Origin: Asterias rubens | Lineage: Eukaryota | Direction of reading: 5' to 3' | Length of the DNA stretch: 64,000 bases | Assembly: GCF_902459465.1 (NCBI RefSeq) | Contig: NC_047083.1 | Coordinates: forward strand, 8,556,001 to 8,620,000 | The notes under the pieces: model-generated | The model's input: only the letters and a program-made list of their open reading frames with translations | Database searches by the model: none | What the model was told of the DNA's origin: nothing | Shown here: positions 22,989 to 36,016 of the stretch, piece by piece | How the letters are laid out: every line of letters starts with the position of its first letter | How positions within the stretch are numbered: position 1 is the first letter of the stretch | Made by a program: the position numbers and the translations under genes

Positions 22989-25900
22989 ATGACGACAACT
23001 CTGCCATCGTTGGACGGTAAGTTGAGATTTTTTAGTAGAAGAATAAAATTAACTTCAGTTCAGTCAGGTTTTTCAACCACTCAAAATAAAAAGGAGACCA
23101 CTCAAAAAAAAGGAGTTGAAATACCTGAAGTTGAAGTTATGGCCTCCTATTCCTAAAATAATTGACAATAAAAACTAGATGGCTGGACAGTCGTGAGTCG
23201 ATCCATATTACATTAGAAGTTTAGAGATAGATTGAAGCCTTTCTCACTCTCATTCTCAATCAGTCAGACTCAGTTCAGAATCAGATTCCATTGTATTGAC
23301 AACGTTACTAAAATAGTCTTCCTCTTTTCATGCTTTTTACTTACTTTTATAAACTTAATTTATCTTATCATGGATGTTGGGGGCCTAAATTAAACTTTTA
23401 TTTAAGTTTAATTAATAAGTCTAAAAGTAAAACCCACATTATGTACTTCAATCAATTCAAAGGCCGGTGTTGTTTCTAAAAGAAAATTAACAAGTATTAA
23501 GTAAGAGAGTAATTACTAAATGTATCCATTCTTCAAATTCAAAAGAAAAGCAGTTTATCCGCTAGTTTTGCAATGATCGGTTGTAACCCTACATTACAAA
23601 TCGTCGGGAGGATGAAAATTGAAGGGTTACAGTCGTCGCAACTAATTATATCTGCTTGTTTGAGCATGTGTTTGTGCTTCATTTTTAAATTTTCTTCTTT
23701 GATTTGTTCATAGCCCTCCTTGGAAAGGAGAAGAAGAGTAACGTCTCCTTCGGTACGACAAGAGACCGCCCTCTATTCCCGGGCAAGATTCCGCAGAATC
23801 GCATGGGAGCGGGAATAGGTCTGGAGAGCGCCCCCCACAGAGCACCCTGCAGCTACGATAACGATGAGGTATAAACGCAAACTGCCTAACACTTGTTTAA
23901 GACAGGCCCTGAACCAATAATTAGATTAGATTAGGGAGAGTTTAGGTCGATTCAAATAAATTTTGGTTTCAGACAAGCGAACTTAACATTACATTTAGGT
24001 TCGGCTCATGACAAGATCGCCGTCAGAAACCAAGACGCTCCAGAGTCAATCTTTTGACTTCTAACACATCCAGTTGTTCCTTACTGTTTTAGACGTCAAC
24101 ATTTTCATGTACTTAATTCACAATTTGGTTTGGTACCTCTGGAGTGCCTGTTGACTAGTGAAGAAATAAATCATCCTTAGCTTTTTCCACACACAACAAG
24201 ATTAACCTAGTCTTGGTTCCAAGGCATTTGCATATATTGGTTTCCAGCCTTACTACCATGAGCTGTATAGCCGGCGTAGGTCTATTTTCACTACTATGGG
24301 CAGCGTGCCGGCGCCATTCTCACTACCATCATGGGCAGCGCAACATATCGACCGCTAGCTTTGCAGAAGTCTACTCTTGGTTTTTTAGCCTCTGTACTAC
24401 AGACAGTCATCAACCGAAATGAAATCAAGAAGAAAAGCGCTCTTCGTCGGGTTATGTATGAGACAGTGACGTCTTGGATCAAGACTAAGATTAACCCAGT
24501 GTTTCTTTCCTTTATTTTGATTACAGAAAACCACCTTCCTTTACAACATAGACCGTCAAGTAACAAGCAAGAAGGGTTACACGATGGGAGCTCGGACAGG
24601 ACCGAGATTTAGGAAAGAATTTGCTGTAAGTGTTGTTAGGAGGTTGTCAGTTGTGTGGTTACAGACCCAGTGTTAAATTACAAGACTCTAGCCAGTACTG
24701 TAGTTAAATGGGTATTTTGAGCCTTGGTATTTTATAATTGTATCTTTTATAGTAATTAAGTCGAGGGACCCTCAAAAGTCCCCAGTATAGTCTAGGTTCC
24801 TAGACCATTGGTGTTGCGTGGTCACACACAACCAACGTTCCGATTATGCACGGCAAAAACTGTACACGCTTGTAATGAACAAACGCTAGCGGGCGCTCTT
24901 TTTCTCTGATTTCCTGTGCTCACCCAGGACATGGGGAGATCCGGAAATCAGAGAAACAGAGTGCCCGCTAGCGTTCGTTCATTACAAGGAAGTGTGTACA
25001 GTTTTTGCCGTGCATAATCGGAACGTTGGTTGTGTGACCACGCAACACCAATGGTCTAGGAACCTAGACTATCCCCAGTACTGCGGCCTGGTCCCAATTT
25101 CATGGCTATGCTTATCGTCAAATTCTGGGCTTAGGATCTCCATTCTGCTTACTGTGCAAGACACAAAATTCTGCGCTGGCTGTGTAAGCGAAGAATTCAA
25201 TGTCCAGTATGTAGACGCACAAGCAAAAATTGCCTGCTAACCTGTGATATACGCTTGACGTAAGCGCGTAATTCCCTGTAAGCGCCGATTCTTTGCTTAC
25301 CAAGCCATGGCACCGGTACGAGATTCAAACCTGTTAAAAGAGGTGAACGCAGAGAAGAAACATAAACCCCAATGTACCTAGTTATCACAAAGTTAAAACC
25401 TTTGTAATTTTTTTATTTTTATTTTAGACCGTCACACCGTGCCCTTCCACCTACCAGACAAAACACACCGACGCTAAGACATTTGTTCCGTCCAACAAGC
25501 CGTTCCATGTCGGTGCTAACAGGTTCTACAGAAACACAGTTGATCCTGAGCTTACACCAGGGTAGGTACTAATCTTTTACAGGTCCTAGTAGAACATGCA
25601 GGTGCTTCAACAGACTCTCAGTTTAAAGTTCCACCTAACTGGCACATAAGGCCTTGACTTTGGTTCTTTGAGGGGCAAAAAAAAAAAAAGTAGGTAAGGG
25701 GCACTTGTGTGTGGAAAATGTTAACTTGAGTTGGAACTTTACAAAGAGCACCACAGCAAAATTGCAGGGCATCAAGGCGATTGCTGTGGTGTTGCAGGTT
25801 TGTATTTCTAGGTCTGGCACCCAAGGCTTCTCTGCTCTTTCAGATCCAATGTACTTTAGCTACCCCCAAAGCCAATACTGTTTCTGATTCGCACAGCAAG

Positions 25901-26739
25901 CACCCTTGTTTACAGGTTTCCTCCGGGTTAGGGGCAACAGTGATTAACTTCACTTATGAGTCGCGCCAAAGCAAATAGATTAGGAGCGACCCTAGGTCAA
26001 CCGAAGTAAATTTTTGCTTCAGACAGGCAAACCTAACCTAAGATGTACAATTGCTCGGCTCATGACAAGATCTAAAACCAAGAACCAGAGTCAGTCCAAA
26101 CGACTGCAACAGTCGATCTTTCAACTTCTAGCACGTCCAGTCGCTCCTAAATGTTTCAGACCTCAAACTTTTCATTGTACTTTTTTCCAGAAATTGGTTC
26201 GGCGTGACTCTGGAGCGCCTGTCTGATACAGGCGTTAGTTTCATAACCAGGGCCCAATTTCAGAGAGCTGCTTAAGCACAAAATTTTGCTTAAGCAAAAG
26301 ATTCATTGCTTAGTAAAATCAGATTACCGGCCAAGACTCCACTCAATTGTTATGCTAAGTAAACAACAGCTAAATACTAGTCATAAGCAATGTATATGGC
26401 ATGAAATTTGGCCAGTAACATGTGTAAAATAAGCGAGCTTTTTTCGTGCTTAAGCAGCTCTATGAAATTGGCCCCAGATGTTGCTATGCATAATTATAAT
26501 TCCTGTTGTCACTTTCTTTTGATTGCAGGGCTGGAACCTATGAGCACAACGTCCCACGGGATCGTAAAGTCGCCTTCCATGGGACCTTCGGAGGACCCCA
26601 GCTTCTTAAGGTCCAACCAGACGACTCGGTCCTCATGCCCGAAGACTGTAAAGGCACAACCTCAAAGAGTCGTATGATGACATATAAGGACAAGAGGAAG
26701 TTTGCCATCCGAGAAGCGTATTTGTCTCTTTACTATTAA
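22989..26739 (+). CDS. PIFO: Protein pitchfork / ciliary microtubule-associated protein 3 (208 aa)
   Basis: Exons 22989-23016, 23714-23868, 24527-24625, 25428-25561, 26529-26739, phase-consistent. Motifs SFGTTRDRPLFP..SAPHRAPCSY..TSKKGYTMGARTGPRF..TPGAGTY..EAYLSLYY* match the recalled human PIFO (FGTCQQRKLFP, GSPHRGPGCY, TSIKGYTLGART, VAYLSLYYN). Confidence 0.9.
23930..24155 (+). repeat. Diverged ~250-bp repeat present in PIFO introns 2 and 4
   Basis: Shares blocks such as TCAGACA(A/G)GC, TCGGCTCATGACAAGATC and CTCTGGAG(T/C)GCCTGT with 25975-26223. Confidence 0.6.
24788..25071. mobile_element. Foldback MULE-like MITE with a perfect 9-bp TSD
   Basis: Near-perfect inverted arms of about 130 bp starting TAGTCTAGGTTCCTAGACC; TCCCCAGTA duplicated at 24779-24787 and 25072-25080. 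Confidence 0.85.
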
Positions 26740-27087
26740 ACATCGATTTAGACTTTTCTTTAAAATATTACTGATTATTACAGTCTGCTCTCATTATAAA
26801 AAATAAGCCTGTGCGACTAGTGAAATTAACTACTCGAAGTCGCACCTCAAAAAGTTGCGACTTTGACACAAGTCGTTACCAACTTATAATTCCCTTAGTT
26901 GCAATGCAGCATTTTGTTTGCCGCACGCGCAATGTAGTAAAATTCACGCTGAAAGGGTTGAAGGATTGTGTCATTGATGTCCGATTGTGTTTTGTAAGTA
27001 AATTATGTTGTCGTAAATAGTTGGAGCGTCTCAATTGGTTCACCAAACAGTCTTGGTGGCACGATTAACCGTGAAGGGCCTACATAG

Positions 27088-27310
27088 GATTCGAACTGCC
27101 TCTAGCTACCGGGCAACCTCGGTAGTCTAGTTGGTAAGACACTGCTCTAGCATTGCAAGGGTCGTGGGTTCGATCCCACCCGAGTAACATGCCTGTGATA
27201 TTTTTTCACAGGACTCGGGAAAGTACCGAGTATACAGTGCTAACACACATTGGTGTATGGGTAAAAACCAAAATTTATATTATTTATCCCAGATGCAAAT
27301 TTAACATCTC
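27088..27310 (+). mobile_element. tRNA-derived SINE, second family
   Basis: GGTAGTCTAGTTGGTAAGACACTGCTCTAG..GGGTCGTGGGTTCGATCCCACCCGAGTAACATGCCTGTGAT. Similar copy at 49615-49815; head fragment at 31895-31975. Confidence 0.7.
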
Positions 27311-28740
27311 TTATGGCCTACATGTAGTTCAATAACAGTTGTCGCGACTGGACTAAGCAATCCTAAGTTGTGACTTCAACACTAGTTTCGCTAGTCACCC
27401 AGGCTTAATAAAAAGCACTGTTTTAAAGAACTTCGGCTTTCAAAGGGAACATTCTCTGAAGTCCAAAATCTCATTTTCTACTTCATGTTTCTTTGTTTTG
27501 CTGTCCTCTTATAACAACGATCCTGTTATAAAGAGGTATTAATTATTTTTATTTCATATTTTGTACATAATGGATGGTTTAAAATGATTTCCTTTGCATT
27601 TGTTTTATAAATAAATTGATGTAATATACGTACTGTAAATAGTAATGGAAATGTTCACCTAAATAAAAACCAATGACAAAGTTAAATATCTCGGTTTGTG
27701 TTCATTTATTGTTGAGACACAAGTTTATCAAGATAACTTTTACAGAGAGGGGTAACCATAGAATTTTTTTTTATCAATTTGATGTACTCTAATGTTCAAA
27801 CTTGTGTCAGTCTACCACAACAGCCATTTATGCCGACCAACACTTGGCAAAAGTATGGGTGGGGGGGGGGGGGCCTTCAATGCGAAAAAAAAAAGCCGTT
27901 TGTCAAAAACTTACAATAATGTTATCAATTAATTTCCAATATCACTGATGAGTCAATTGAAATACACAGAACATAAAAACAAAATAATTTCAAAAATTTA
28001 GAATTAAAAAAGAAAGGATTGTGCCAAACCAACTACAATGTATATATTTTTGGATTATCGAGCCTACCCATCCAAATTGTGGTGAGCGTTTAGAATCAAA
28101 CCAAAGAAGATACGAGTCTTACCTTCAGCAGTGCCAGGCCTGGAAGTTAATGTCCGAGAGGGCAAGGCCATTTTCATTTTTGCAAAGGGCACTTCCATTG
28201 GGAAATCTTAAGAGTGTTATCTCCAGGGGAAACTATTGAAGGGGCACCAGGGCCAAGACCAGGGGCAAGAGAAGACATGGCCTCTGTGGAATTCCAGGCC
28301 TGGCCACTCCTCCAAAAGATGAAAAAAACATTTAGCCTTTGGGGCACCAAGGAGCAAGCAGAGGTCAGGGCCTCAAGGTTTTCTAATGGTTCTACTTCTT
28401 TGAGTTAGTGACGAAAAAACATTCACAAATACTGCCCTCTATTGACTATTTTTGACAAGTCATGCTTGGTCAGTGCAACAATTCTTGGTCCAATTTCATA
28501 ATGCCTGTCAGCACAGAAAAAGTGTTGCTTAACAAAAACAGGTTACCAGCTAAAATTACATTAAGTTAACATTGTTTTGACTGGTGCCCAACTCAGTTTT
28601 TCTCTAAGCACAGAAAAGTATTGCATAACGAAAACAGGTTACCGCCAAATTTACATTAGGTTAACATTGATAAAAGAAATTTGTCAACAGCATTATGAAA
28701 TTGGGCCCTTGAACAAGAAAAGGGGGAGGGGCTACACTTT

Positions 28741-31700
28741 TCAAGGGAGGGGTACAGGAACGATCTTCTCCATCCGTGATTGGACGAGGCTCAGGTTCTG
28801 TTGCCAGTTGGTCAGGTGTTCCCTCAACTGCTGCCATTGCTGTTTGCCGAAAGTGCGTAACAACACGTAGCTGTGGACGGAAACAAATTTTCAGAAATCT
28901 CTTAAAATAAAAAATGTAATCTTTAAAAATATTAATAAATTATTTATGTATATTGCGCCCATCCATAAAATGACAAAATTACGCTTACCAGAATAAGGTT
29001 ACCAGCCAAACTACCATGTAACAAGTACAATTTGTGACTGGTATCCTTCTCATTTCTGCTTGGCAGAACAATGTTAAGCAATAAGCAATAAACCCATGCT
29101 TTTTGACATGTAACTTACTTGATTGTGATCTTCTTCTGTAGCTGGTCAATGCGAGCTCGCACCATGTTGGTTTTTACAACTGCAAATACAAATCGTGAGG
29201 AAAAAAATTAAATAAAAACACTATATCAGGGATGCGTTTTGGCGTTAGTAACCAATAACTGTTTCGGTCACTGCCCAGTGGTTAACCGATGGCAAATTCA
29301 ACCGAAACAGCGTTTGGTTACGACCACCAAAATGCACCCAAGATAAACAGATTAAATATTGGGAGAAAATTACAAATGTCCAATGACAATGAGAGTGTCA
29401 GTCTCAATGGACCCTTCCCATGAAATATGCTAATCACATTCACGCATGCGTACAGACCCTGTTGGTTCGCAAACACCATAGAGTTGTGCACTAAGCAGAC
29501 GCACAGTCGCGTCTGCGTCACGCACGCATTAGCCGTGTACATAACAGTGCGATGTTCCCTCATTTTGCCAAGCAAAACGTTAGTGCGCACGCGCTACGTG
29601 GGAAGGATCTATTGACATGAAACAGGCAGATTGATTAACTTATAATAAGAGCGAATTAAAGAAAAATCCATTGAAAAAAAATTGATTTAAAAAGGAAGAA
29701 ATACGCCCCGATATAATATACAACATGCAATACTCACCCTCGATGATGAAGCCCTCGACCTGCTCCGTCTCTATCTTGAGTTCGTTCTCGATCGTTGAGA
29801 ATGGAATCTCCTTCTGATCGATGGCCATGCTCACAAACGACAAGATGCGCATCTTCTGCATGTTCTGATCGTGCGATAAACCTACATTCGCAAACCAACC
29901 ACAACATTTTAAAGGCAAACTACAATAAGTTATCCGCCTAATTATTTTACATTTATGTTAACTGTTAACTTGATGAAATTTTTGGTTTACTCCATAGTTC
30001 ATCTAATTGTTATTATTTTTAATGGAAGTATGGAAATAAATTAGCATTTGAAAAAAATAAAAAATAAAATAAAGACTTGTACAGTTTGTCATAATGTACG
30101 CAACAGCAACGTGCTGTGTACATAACGAGTCAACGCTGGTATGCGTTGTTTCTTGCACTAGGATTCACACAAATCATCAGATACGAGATACATTTTTAGT
30201 GATAGGCGCTATGAAAATAAACAAGGCAAAATGTCTTACCCAGTGTCTTGATGAAATCCTGGTTGTTCTTGAAGAAGGTCATGTAGTCCTCAAGTTTGCC
30301 CGAAACAAAAATGTTCAGAAGCTGTGATCGGGAAAAGAAATCCGAACAAACAAACAAGGACTTAGGGCTGTTCAGAGTAATCAATGTTTAAAATCTTGAA
30401 ACATCTTTCAATTGAGTTGAGTGTTGAAGCATACTTAATACCATAAGCCAATATTAAATAGATATTTTCTTAAACTAATATCAATAATATTGAAAACTAA
30501 ATAAAGGGCACAAATCCATAAAAGTGTTCATGTCGCTAAATACAAACACTATCATAATAGGTAAAATAATCAACTTGGAAACGTAAGCCTAAGCTAATAA
30601 GAAATCCAGAATACAATACACTCTGTAGAGAAAAACAATAATTAATATCTAAAGTAACATCAAACAGTAAAAACAAACCATTTACACAAATACTTGATTA
30701 GAAAGATGTGTCTAAGGTTTGTTTTCTCCGAATTGGGTTATTAGCAACTTGTGCTTGTTCAAAATATAAACATTAAAACACTTCAAGACACTGGACACTA
30801 TTGGTAATTGTCAAAGACTAGCCTTTGCAGTTGGTGTATCTCAACACATGCATAAAATAACAAACCTGTGATCTTTGAGCTCAATCGGTCATCAAAGTTG
30901 CGAGATAATACTGAAAGAAAAAACACCCTTGTCACACGAAGTTGTGTGCGTTTAGATGGTTGATTTTGAGACCTCAAATTCTAAATCTGAGGTCTCAAAA
31001 TCAAGTTAGTGGAAAATTACTTCTTTCTCGAAAACTACTTTACTTCAGAGGGAGTCGTTTCTCACAATGTTTCATACTATCAACCTCTCCCCAGTACTCT
31101 GCTAATAATTATTTTGAGTAATTACCAATAGTGTCCACTGCCTTTAACAATTTACATACGTTTTTAAAGGGCCATGACTGCATGGTAAATGCAGGCATGT
31201 GGCTGTACACATAGAAGTATTAATTACATTGAATTGTACAAAATTATATGATTTTAAAAATGGTAAATGGCTAAACAAGAAAATGACATCAACAAAAAAT
31301 ACATACAATTCAATTATTAAAAACATAACACAGGCCTGATACTTCACGGAGGCAACGGAGGCGATTGCCTCCGTTGCCCCTTGCCATTGCCTTGGTGCCC
31401 TTGAAATGCTCCAGTAGAAATTTACAATTTCCTCATAGGGTGCCCTTTGCCAAAGAGAAAATGCCTTGGTGCCCTTGCCTTTTCAAAAACGAAGCATACA
31501 GGCCTGATAACAACTGGGTTCAGGTTGAATGCGTAGACAAATACAACAGTGCAGAAATCTTCTCATATAAGAGTATAAAAACAAGATTGAATTGGAAGAA
31601 AACCATCAGTAGGCACAAAAGCAAAAGTAGTGGAAAATTCCAAGCAATAAAGACACACACGAATCAGACCTCAATTTCATAATCATGTAAACTGCCGTTT

Positions 31701-34700
31701 TAAAACCTTGCCTTTTAAATGTTTGCAGGGTTGTGTCCATGTGATGAAGAACCTTGCCTTTAGCGCAATCCGTCATCACACAGCTTCGACCCTGCTGGTT
31801 TTAAACGGCCGTCTAAGACATTGCGGCACTTTTAAGTCCCCCATAAGAGAGTTGAACTGCTGTACCCCTGCTATGGATTTCACCTGCCTTTAACCATCGG
31901 GCTAGCTCGTTGGTCTAGTTGGTAAGACATCTGCTCTAAATTTGAAAAGGTCTTGGGTTCGATTCCAAGTTATACCCTTGATAATTATAGTCATCTTACC
32001 TCATGAATGAGCTCACCCTCCAGGAACTTGACCGGTCTGAGCGTGAGGAGGTGATCAAAGAGGAAGGCCTTAGGGTCGGACAAGGAGTTTACGATGCACC
32101 TATGAGCTTCTTCTCGAGCCTGAGACGCGTTATCCTCAGTATAGGTCCCCAACAGTTCAACCATTACTTTGTTGGACGATTCGCTACAAACAAAACCAAG
32201 TTATTATTATTACATTTATCATTTATTTGACCGAAAAAAAAAAAAAAAAAAAAAAAAAAGAATTAAAAAAACAAAAACAAGAATGTTAACTAGATAAAAG
32301 GTTTGCCTGAGAGGCGTTATCCTCATTGTAGGTCCCCAAACAGTTCAACTATTACTTTGTTGGACGATTCGCTAGAAACAAACCCAAATAATAATTTTAT
32401 TACAAAAAGTTACTTGTCATTTTCTCTTTGTTTATAAACCCCAAAGTAGTAGACATGGTACAGTAAGTTCCCCCTTTTGATTTATTGCTTGATATTTGCA
32501 ATAGAAAGTCGCATCCCCTTCAGGTGATCCCTCTTTCCCAGGTAGTATCATAACACCGAAGGGTTTTACTGCTTTAATCCCTATTCTCAAGTGGTTATTC
32601 CCCGGGGTATGGCCATTTCCCGAGGCAGACAGCTGAGAGAGGACCGAGTAAAAGCACTCATAGTGTGAAAAGGCCGGCTGTCATTCCATGGGGGCAACCC
32701 TGGGAAATGGAGTAGGTGTGAAAAGGGCTTATGTGTGAGTAATAAAACGAATACTGAATGCATTTCGCTCGTACATTGTCGCAAGACCTAACCATGAATA
32801 ATGAAGTGGGTGGAGGGGGTGGGGGAGTTTAAGGCAACTTACGTCTGTTTGCCTTCTTTGAGAGCTTCGTACAGCAGCCGTAAGATGGTCGTCGTCTGGT
32901 CACGGTTCAAATCCCACTTCTTAATCCATTTCTTTACCTGAGAAGTAAAAACAGAGAAGAAATGTGATAGGCTGACTTGATAATTTAGTGAGAAATTCCT
33001 TCTTTCTCAAAGCCTACATTACTTCACAAGGAGCCTTTCCTCACAATGTTTTATACTATCAACAACTCTCCACTGCTCGTTACCAGGTAAGTTTTTACAC
33101 TAAAAACTATTTTGAGTAATTACCAATAGTGTCCAGGGCCTTTTAAGAACTTAATGATGTCTACACAGATAGAGGTATTCTTACCACTTCCAGCTCCGTC
33201 TCGACGTGATCTGCGTTTTGCCCTCGGGCGGCAACCTTCAACATACAGCAGTAGATGTGATGGCAAAGTAAGTTCTCTACTCCGACGCCGTAAAATAAGT
33301 TACTGAGTCTGTAGGGAGTGATCATAACATATTATTATTATAAATATTTAAGTAAACTTAATATGAACAGGCATAATATTTGGTTCATGGAAAAGAAGTA
33401 GGAGCATCTGATAGAGCCGCTCTTACTCATCAAAGATAGATACACAGAGTCTAGAAAACACTAACCAAAATAATACAGTTAAACATTAGGTAAATGTTCA
33501 AATAAATGAGTTTACACAGCCTTCTTAAAGCCATTGGACCCTTTCGGTACAGAAAAAAAAAAAGTTCACAGATTTACAAATAACTTACAGGGTTTACAGA
33601 AGGTAGTGGTGAAATACTTCTCTTGAAATATTAGTCCATGAAATGCTTTACTTTTTTAAAACAGTAAAACAATATCAATTCTCGTTAACGAGAATTACGG
33701 ATTTATTTTAAACACATGTCATGACACGGCGAAACGCGCGGATACAAGGGTGGGTTTTCCCGTTATTTTCTCCCGACTCCGGTGACCGATTAAGCCCAAA
33801 TTTTCACAGGTTTGTTATAGTATATAGAAGTTGTGATACACGAAGTGTGGGCCTTGGACAATACTGTTTACCGAAAGGGTCCAATGGCTTTAAAAGAGTC
33901 CGAGAAAGAGGAGCACCGGAAGCATTGTGTATGAAAGTTCATTCCAGAGTCAGGGTGCATGGAGTAGTGTTTTATACTATTAACAGCTCTCCGTTGCTCG
34001 TTACCAAGCAAGTTTTTATGCTAACAATTATTTTGAGTAATTACAAGCAAAGTTAATTACATTCTTAATTTAGCCTCTGCATAGTCCTCTCCGGCCGAGA
34101 CTAAATGGTCACTGAGAAGTTTACCGAGCTGGTTGAGACACTCCGGGGGTTGGTAGATCAGTAATGATAAGATACTGTTGAAGACGCCTTCAATCTCTGA
34201 CAAAAGCAAAAGAAAAAAGAACAAGATTTAAGGGACCCTTTTTTCTCTCCATATTTTACAACAATGAAACCTTATTCTGTTTAAATGTCTTTTTAAATGA
34301 TATATCGCCCAACATCTGAAGACCCAGGGGCCAATTTCATAGAGCTGCTTAAGCATCAAATTTGCTTAAGCACGAAAATAGCTTGTTTATTTTTCACATG
34401 TTACTGGCAAAAATGTCATGCCATATACATTGCTTGTGACTGGTATTTGGCTGTTGTTTACTTAGCATAACAATTGGGTGGAGTCTTGGCTTAGTAAGTA
34501 ATCTGATTTTACCAAGCAAGGATTGTTTTGCTTTTAAAAGAAAAATTTTGTGCTTAAGCAGCTCTATGAAATTGGGCCAAGGCAAGATACTTCACAGAGG
34601 CAACAAATGCGACTGCCTCCATGTCCCCTGGTCATTTCCTTGGTGCCCTTGAAATGCTACAGGAAGAAATTTACAATTTTCTCAGAGGGTGCCCTTTACC

Positions 34701-36016
34701 AAGGAGAAAATTAACTTATGAAAAATGCCTTGGTGCCCTTGCCCTTTCAAAAACGATGCAAGACAGACCACTTTAAGGTGAGGGCTAGGCCTCACTGATT
34801 TGGACTGTTTACCCAACTCAACCGTCACAAGGGGCCCAATTTCATAAAGCCTGTAAGCTTGAAAAAAGCGCTAAATCACTTGGATTGCTCGTTTGTGGCA
34901 AAAAAACTTGCCTGAAGCCTGCTGTAATTTAAATCATGCAGGACTTGAGGAGCAAATAATTACCTGCGGAATCGGTCAATTTCCAGATGACATCAGCGGA
35001 TTGGATGATCTTTTCTAAATCATCTTCAATCCTTTGTTCTGTGGGGTCTTCTGATATGTCGGCGCCTTGAGACTTCAGGAAGGACCTGAGCTCCATTGCC
35101 TGAGTTAATGAAAATTAGGGCGGAGTTTAAAAACAATGAAAGAAAACAAAAGATTACGAAAAACAAAGCCATTCAATTTTAAGTTTTATCTATATTCTAT
35201 AATCTAGCGAAGGGCTCTCTCATGATTTTTCATAACTGTTGCCTGGTGGGTGGGCATTCATATGGAACCAAATCATCTTGAAAAAACAAAAATGATTATT
35301 AATTGAAATTATTGAAAACATTCCGTATCCTGCAACCACACTTTTTCACTATTAATTTTTACAAAAAGTAATTTATCATTAAAAGTTAGATGGGCTAATA
35401 ATATTTTATTTCATCATAACATTACATATTAATATAAATGTAAAAATAGATCTACGATATACAGACATTTTTTTCCGAAATAAAAAGTGGAGTAAAAACA
35501 ATAACTTTCCGTATCACGTCACCACTTTTCCACTCATTTTTACAAAAAGAAATCTCTATATTATAAGACTAAGAGGTCTGGTAAATTAGATATTGTAGTA
35601 GTTGTACTATATTGTTTCATATCGAATGAAAAAGTGGTGGCGTGACATGACACGGACACTTTTCCAAAAAATAAATAAGAAATGGGATGGGATGATGATG
35701 ATGCAGCATGCAGCCGTTCCAGAATGTTGAATCAGCAGCCAGCGCTCGACTCATGATCAGCTAATTGCGATCAAAGCGACCGGCATGGATCACAAATAGT
35801 GCAGTCATGGAAGTTCATGATTTGCATACAGATACATTACAATACATGTAAAAATTCATTGCATCAATTACGTGAGAAATAAATTAAATAAATTAAACCG
35901 GATTTTCTCAATCATACAACAAGTTCGTGTTACTTTGATCACAACATTTTATTAAGTTCACATTAAATACCGACCTGTTCTTGTTCAGCGACATCGATAA
36001 AAGCCGGGAGACTCAT
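28741..36016 (-). CDS. EIF3M: Eukaryotic translation initiation factor 3 subunit M (377 aa, complete)
   Basis: Ten exons: 36016-35975, 35099-34964, 34196-34061, 33308-33185, 32937-32843, 32183-32000, 30321-30240, 29881-29738, 29179-29119, 28870-28741; total 1134 nt in frame. [73 protein letters not shown]. Confidence 0.97.
31331..31506. mobile_element. CAGGCCTG-terminal MITE with a 6-bp TSD
   Basis: ATAACA|CAGGCCTG..CAGGCCTG|ATAACA. Near-identical inverted copy at 56628-56803 with a CGCTCA duplication. Diverged relatives at about 28133-28370, 34580-34770, 53655-53780 and 54910-55290. Confidence 0.8.
32305..32385 (-). pseudogene. Duplicated, frameshifted partial copy of EIF3M exon 6 with its acceptor
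   Basis: Roughly 90% identical to 32117-32197 (188 nt away); keeps the AG acceptor; 1-nt insertion (TGTTTGGGG versus TGTTGGGG). Confidence 0.8.

Noticed and set aside
27115-27185. tRNA-like sequence with CTA in the anticodon-like position (also 49635-49700), suggesting an amber suppressor tRNA
   Set aside because: The anticodon stem does not form a 5-bp stem with a 7-nt loop, and both copies continue into a shared non-tRNA body, so it is a SINE head.
31365-31682. ORFs beginning [28 protein letters not shown] (also 56680-56865)
   Set aside because: Translation of the 6-bp-TSD MITE.
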